Positions 59,229 to 64,000 of a stretch of DNA of 64,000 bases are shown here, piece by piece. Positions within the stretch are counted from its first letter, which is position 1. Each line of letters begins with the position of its first letter. Made by a program: the position numbers and the translations under genes. Under the pieces are notes generated by a model. It searched no databases. It had not been told where the DNA came from and worked only from the letters and a program-made list of their open reading frames with translations. The DNA comes from Mobula hypostoma (taxonomy: Eukaryota), in assembly GCF_963921235.1 (NCBI RefSeq), contig NW_026948140.1:62001-126000 (forward strand), in the 5' to 3' direction.

Positions 59229-62200
59229 TCAGTCAGCAAAATTAAAGATGGAGCATGAATTGCAATTAAAACAGCTCAAGTCTGAGAAAGCAGAAATGCA
59301 GAGAGTGCATGAGGCTAGAGAGGCAGACAAACAGAGAGAGGAGGCAGAATAGACAATAGTCTATAGGTGCAGAAGTAGACCATTTGGCCCTTCGAGCCCG
59401 CTCCGCCATTCTGAGATCATGGCTGATCATCTACTATCAATACCCGGTTCCTGCCTTGTCCCCATAACCCTTGATTCCCCTATCCATAAGATACCTATCT
59501 AGCTCCTTCTTGAAAGCATCCAGAGAATTGGCCTCCACTGCCTTCTGAGGCAGCACGTTCCACACCTCCACAACTCTCTGGGAGAAGAAGTTCCTCCTCA
59601 ACTCTGTCCTAAATGACCTACCCCTTATTCTTAAACCATGCCCTCTGGTACTGGACTCTCCCAGCATCTGGAACATATTTCCTGCCTCTATCTTGTCCAA
59701 TCCCTTAATAATCTTATATGTCTCAATCAGATCCCCCCTCAATCTCCTTAATTCCAGCGTGTACAAGCCCAGTCTCTAACCTCTCTGCCTAAGACAGTCC
59801 AGACATCCCAGGAATTAACCTAGTGAACCTACGCTGCACCTCCTCCACAGCCAGGATGTCCTTCCTTTACCCTGGAGACCAAAACTGCACACAATACTCC
59901 AGGTGTGGTCTCACCAGGGCCCTGTACAAATGCAAAAGGATTTCCTTGCTCTTGTACTCAATTCCCTTTGTAATAAAGGCCAACATTCTATTAGCCTTCT
60001 TCACTGCCTGCTGCACTTGCTCATTCACCTTCAGAGACTGATGAACAAGTACCCCTAGATCTCTTTGTATTTCTCCCTTACCTAACTCCACACTGTTCAG
60101 ATAATAATCTGCCTTCCTGTTCTTGCTCCCAAAGTGAATAACCTCACACTTATTCACATTAAACGCCATCTGCGAATGAGGGAGAGTGTTTGAGAGGGAG
60201 ATATTGCAGCAAGGAGGTCAAGTGTCATGCCGAGGTAATGAACAGGCATCACTGTTTAATATTAGTCAACAAATTAAGTTGGTATCTCCATTTGAGGAAT
60301 CAGAAGTCGATAGGTATTTCCTACATTTTGAAAAAGTGGCCATAAATCGGAAGTGGCCGTGAGATCAGTGGGCTGTTCTGTTACAAAATGTGATTAAGGG
60401 AAAGGCTCAATGAGCGTATTTGGCGTTGTCTGTTGCGGATGCAAATGATCATGATAGAGTGAAAGGTGCTGTACTTAAGGTTTACGAGTTGGGTCCGGAG
60501 GTGTACAGGCAAAGTTTCTGAAATTTGAGGACGCCTTGGGACCGTTTTCTTATGATATCATTCTGGAGGAACGTTGTATCATTTTTTAATGCATGCATTT
60601 CTAAATGACAATAAATGAAACTTGCTACTTAGTACTTAAAGTCTGTCATCTGTAGCCTGCACAGAGAAAACAACTGAAAGAATTAATTAGCAGGCATAAA
60701 GACTTATTTCCGGACGTTCCAAGAGGGTGCACAGCATGACGTCATTGTAAATTCAGCCCAACCCATTAAACAGCATCCTTACAGAATGAACTTAGAGAGA
60801 AGAAAAATGTTTGAAAAAGAAATTGGCTACATGCTAGCAACCGATATCATTAGGCAATCTACCTCAGACTGGGCAGCGCCCTGCGTTCTTGTGCGTAAAC
60901 CGGACAGTAACATGAGATTCTGTACTGTCTACAGGAAAATCAATGCGATAACCAAGGCAGATGCTTATCCTATCCCGAGAGTGGATGACTGTATTGATAA
61001 AGTGGGAAAGTCTAAGTACCTCACAAAAATTGATTTGCTAAAAGGATTTTGGTCTGTTCCTTTGACTGAAAGGGCCAGAGAAATCTCTGCATTTGTCACA
61101 CCTTCTGGGCTGTGCTTCAGGGACATTTCAAAGAATGATCAATTCTGTGATTACAGGTTTAGAAAATACAGGGGCTTATATTGATGATCTGGTTGTATGG
61201 AGTGACACGTGGGAAGAGCATATTGTGGCTGTAGAAAAACTGTTTGAAAGGCTATCCAAGGCCAATCTTACTGTGAACCTCGCTAAAAGTGAGTTTGGCC
61301 AGGCTACAGTTACATATCTGGGCTATGTAATAGGCCAGGGCCAACGGGCTCCTGTACAGGCCAAGGTTCAAGCTATTGCTGAGGTTCCCGTTCCGACTGG
61401 CAGGAAAGCTTTAAGAAGGTTTTTAGGAATGGTGGGTTATTACCGAAAGTGTTGTATGAACTTTGCAGATATCGTTCTTCCCCGTAACAAAATTCCTAGG
61501 GAAGAGTGAAAGATTTGTATGGAATGACCTTTGCCAGGAGGCATTTGAACGTCAGGAGGGCTAAAAGAAGAGTCAAAGTGAAGGATAATCCAAAGAGCTT
61601 TTACAAGTATATTAAGAGTAAAAGGATTGTACGGGATAAAATTGGTCCTTTTGAAGATCAGAGTGGTCGGCTATGTGCGGAACCAAAGGAAATGGGGGAG
61701 ATCTTAAATAGGTTTTTTGCGTCTGTATTTACTAAGGAAACTAGCATGAAGTCTATGGAATTGAGGGAATCAAGTAGTGAGATCATGGAAACTGTACAGA
61801 TTGAAAAGGAGGAGGTGCTTGCTGTATTGAGGAAAATTAAAGTGGATAAATCCCCGGGACCTGACAGGGTGTTCCCTCGGACCTTGAAGGAGACTAGTGT
61901 TGAAATTGCGGGGGCCCTGGCAGAAATATTTAAAATGTCGCTGTCTATGGGTGAAGTGCCGGAGGATTGGAGAGTGGCTCATGTTGTTCCGTTGCTTAAA
62001 AAAGGATCGAAAAGTAATCCGGGAAATTATAGGCCGGTGAGTTTAACGTCAGTAGTAAGTAAGTTATTGGAGGGAGTACTAAGAGACAGAATCTACAAGC
62101 ATTTGGATAGACAGGGACTTATTAGGGAGAGTCAACATGGCTTTGTGCATGGTAGGTCATGTTTGACCAATCTATTGGAGTTTTTCGAGGAGGTTACCAG

Positions 62201-64000
62201 GAAAGTGGATGAAGGGAAGGCAGTGGATATTGTCTACATGGACTTCACTAAGGCCTTTGACAAGGTCCCGCATGGCAGGTTAGTTAGGCAAATTCAGTCG
62301 CTAGGTATACATGGACAGGTGGTAAATTGGATTAGACATTGGTTCGATGGAAGAAGCCAGAGAGTGGTAGTAGAGAATTGCTTCTCTGAGTGGAGGCCTG
62401 TGACGAGTGGTGTGCCACAGGGATCAGTGCTGGGTCCATTGTTATTTGTCATCTATATCAATGATCTGGATGATAATGTGGTAAATTGGATCAGCAAGTT
62501 TGCTGATGATACAAACATTGGAGGTGTAGTAGACAGTGAGGAAGGTTTTCAGAGCCTGCAGAAGGACTTGGACCAGCTGGAAAAATGGGCTGAAAAATGG
62601 CAGATGGAGTTTAATACAGACAAGTGTGAGGTATTGCACGTTGGAAGGACAAACCAACATAGAACATACAGGGTTAATGGTAAGGCACTGAGGAGTGCAG
62701 TGGAACAGAGGGATCTGGGAATACAGATACAAAATTCCCTAAAAGGGTCGTCACAGGTAGATAGGGTCGTAAAGAGAGCTTTTGGTACATTGGCCTTTAT
62801 TAATCAAAGTATTGAGTATAAGAGTTGGACTGTTATGATGAGGTTGTATAAGGCATTGGTGAGGCCGAATCTAGAGTATTGTGTTCAGTTTTGGTCACCA
62901 AATTACAGGAAGGATATAAATAAGGTTGAAAGAGTGCAGAGAAGGTTTACAAGGATGTTGCCAGGACTTGAGAAACTCAGTTACAGAGAAAGATTGAATA
63001 GGTTAGGACTTTATTCCCTGGAGCGTAGAAGAATGAGGGGAGATTTGATAGAGGTATATAAAATTTTGATGGGTATAGACAGAGTGAATGCGAGCAGGCT
63101 TTTTCCACTGAGGCAAGGGGAGAAAAAACCAGAGGACATGGGTTAAGGGTGAAGGGGGAAAAGTTTAAAGGGAACATTAAGGGGGGCTTCTTCACACAGA
63201 GAGTGGTAGGAGTATGGAATGAGCTGCCAGACGAGGTGGTAAATGCGGGTTCTTTTTTAACATTTAAGAATAAATTGGACAGATACATGGATGGGAGGTG
63301 TATGGAGGGATATGGTCCGTGTGCAGGTCAGTGGGACTAGGCAGAAAATGGTTCGGCACAGCCAAGAAGGGCCAAAAGGCCTATTTCTGTGCTGTAGTTT
63401 CTATGGTTTCTATGGTCTGAAAACCATCCTGTGTTCAAAGCACCTGATTTTACCAAGCCATTTTCTATAGCGACAGATGCTAGTGACGAAGCTGCTGGAG
63501 CAGTACTGTTACAGAAGGGTGTGGATGACATTGAACACCCAGTAGCTTATTTCTCAAAGAAATATAATGTTCACCAGAAAAATTATTCCACTGTTGAAAA
63601 GGAGTTGCTATCACTTATTCTGGCTTTACAACTTTTTGAAATCTATGTGTGTCCTGCCCAGAAACCACTTGTGGTTTACACGGACCATAATCCGTTAGTG
63701 TTTCTAACTAAGATGAAGGATAAGAATAGAAGGTTATTAAACTGGAGTCTGATATTGCAAGAATATGACCTGAAAATAAAACATGTGAAATGTACTGACA
63801 ACATTATAGCTAATTGTTTCTCCAGATGTTAAGTTAGAAATTATACACATTTTTGCTCTGTTATCTGATGATTATACATGTATTGTTTTGAACTTTGTAA
63901 TCTACAGTTTACACTTCTGCAAGGACACTGGCAGCTTCAAAGTTCATACAGAGAGAGAAGGGAGGAGCTACTTGATGGACAGATAGTGTTCAGCATGGTG
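59229..64000 (+). mobile_element. Gmr1-like Gypsy element, decayed, with two CR1 insertions (59351-60173 minus; ~61550-63414 plus)
   Basis: gag-like KLVSPFEESEVDRYFLHFEKVA (~60277); RT KIDLLKGFW, AYIDD (60786-61545); RNase H 63431-63832 ending in a stop, then LTR sequence. Confidence 0.85.
61550..63414 (+). mobile_element. Young CR1 (third family), long open RT frame
   Basis: 546-aa ORF with FADD; (tttctatgg)n tail. Confidence 0.94.

Noticed and set aside
61506..63146. 546-aa ORF as a Gypsy-CR1 fusion gene
   Set aside because: The leading residues come from an off-frame Gypsy segment with a GTG start; it is a truncated CR1 insertion

Overview
Vertebrate genomic DNA in which roughly nine tenths is nested transposable-element debris (estimated by eye). 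The repeat families resemble those of cartilaginous fish (ray/shark); this is an inference. It contains many CR1 LINE copies from several families, one with ORF1 esterase plus a nearly intact ORF2. It also has Penelope-like elements with GIY-YIG endonuclease and terminal minimal hammerhead-ribozyme motifs, a Tx1-type and an L1-type LINE, Rex1/Babar, RTE and HERO fragments, two decayed Ty3/Gypsy elements (one Gmr1-like), several solo LTRs and a Tc1 transposon. The only host-gene sequence I can see is a CpG-rich island at about 6.0-7.9 kb. It carries TWO tandem minus-strand exons, each encoding the N-terminal half of an IFITM/CD225 (dispanin) domain and each ending in a phase-0 GTGAGT donor, with no second-half exon between them or elsewhere in the window. 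Main leads: (1) this two-first-exon IFITM architecture; (2) a U_UUA_AAC slippery heptamer in the tiny ORF1/ORF2 overlap of CR1, whose ORF2 has no AUG before the endonuclease, suggesting a -1 frameshifted esterase-endonuclease-RT fusion; (3) hammerhead motifs at Penelope ends; (4) unusual duplications, namely a 230-bp repeat around a permuted Gypsy and a 1.9-kb near-identical inverted duplication. Boundaries of decayed repeats are approximate. Family names come from recognising motifs, not from database searches.
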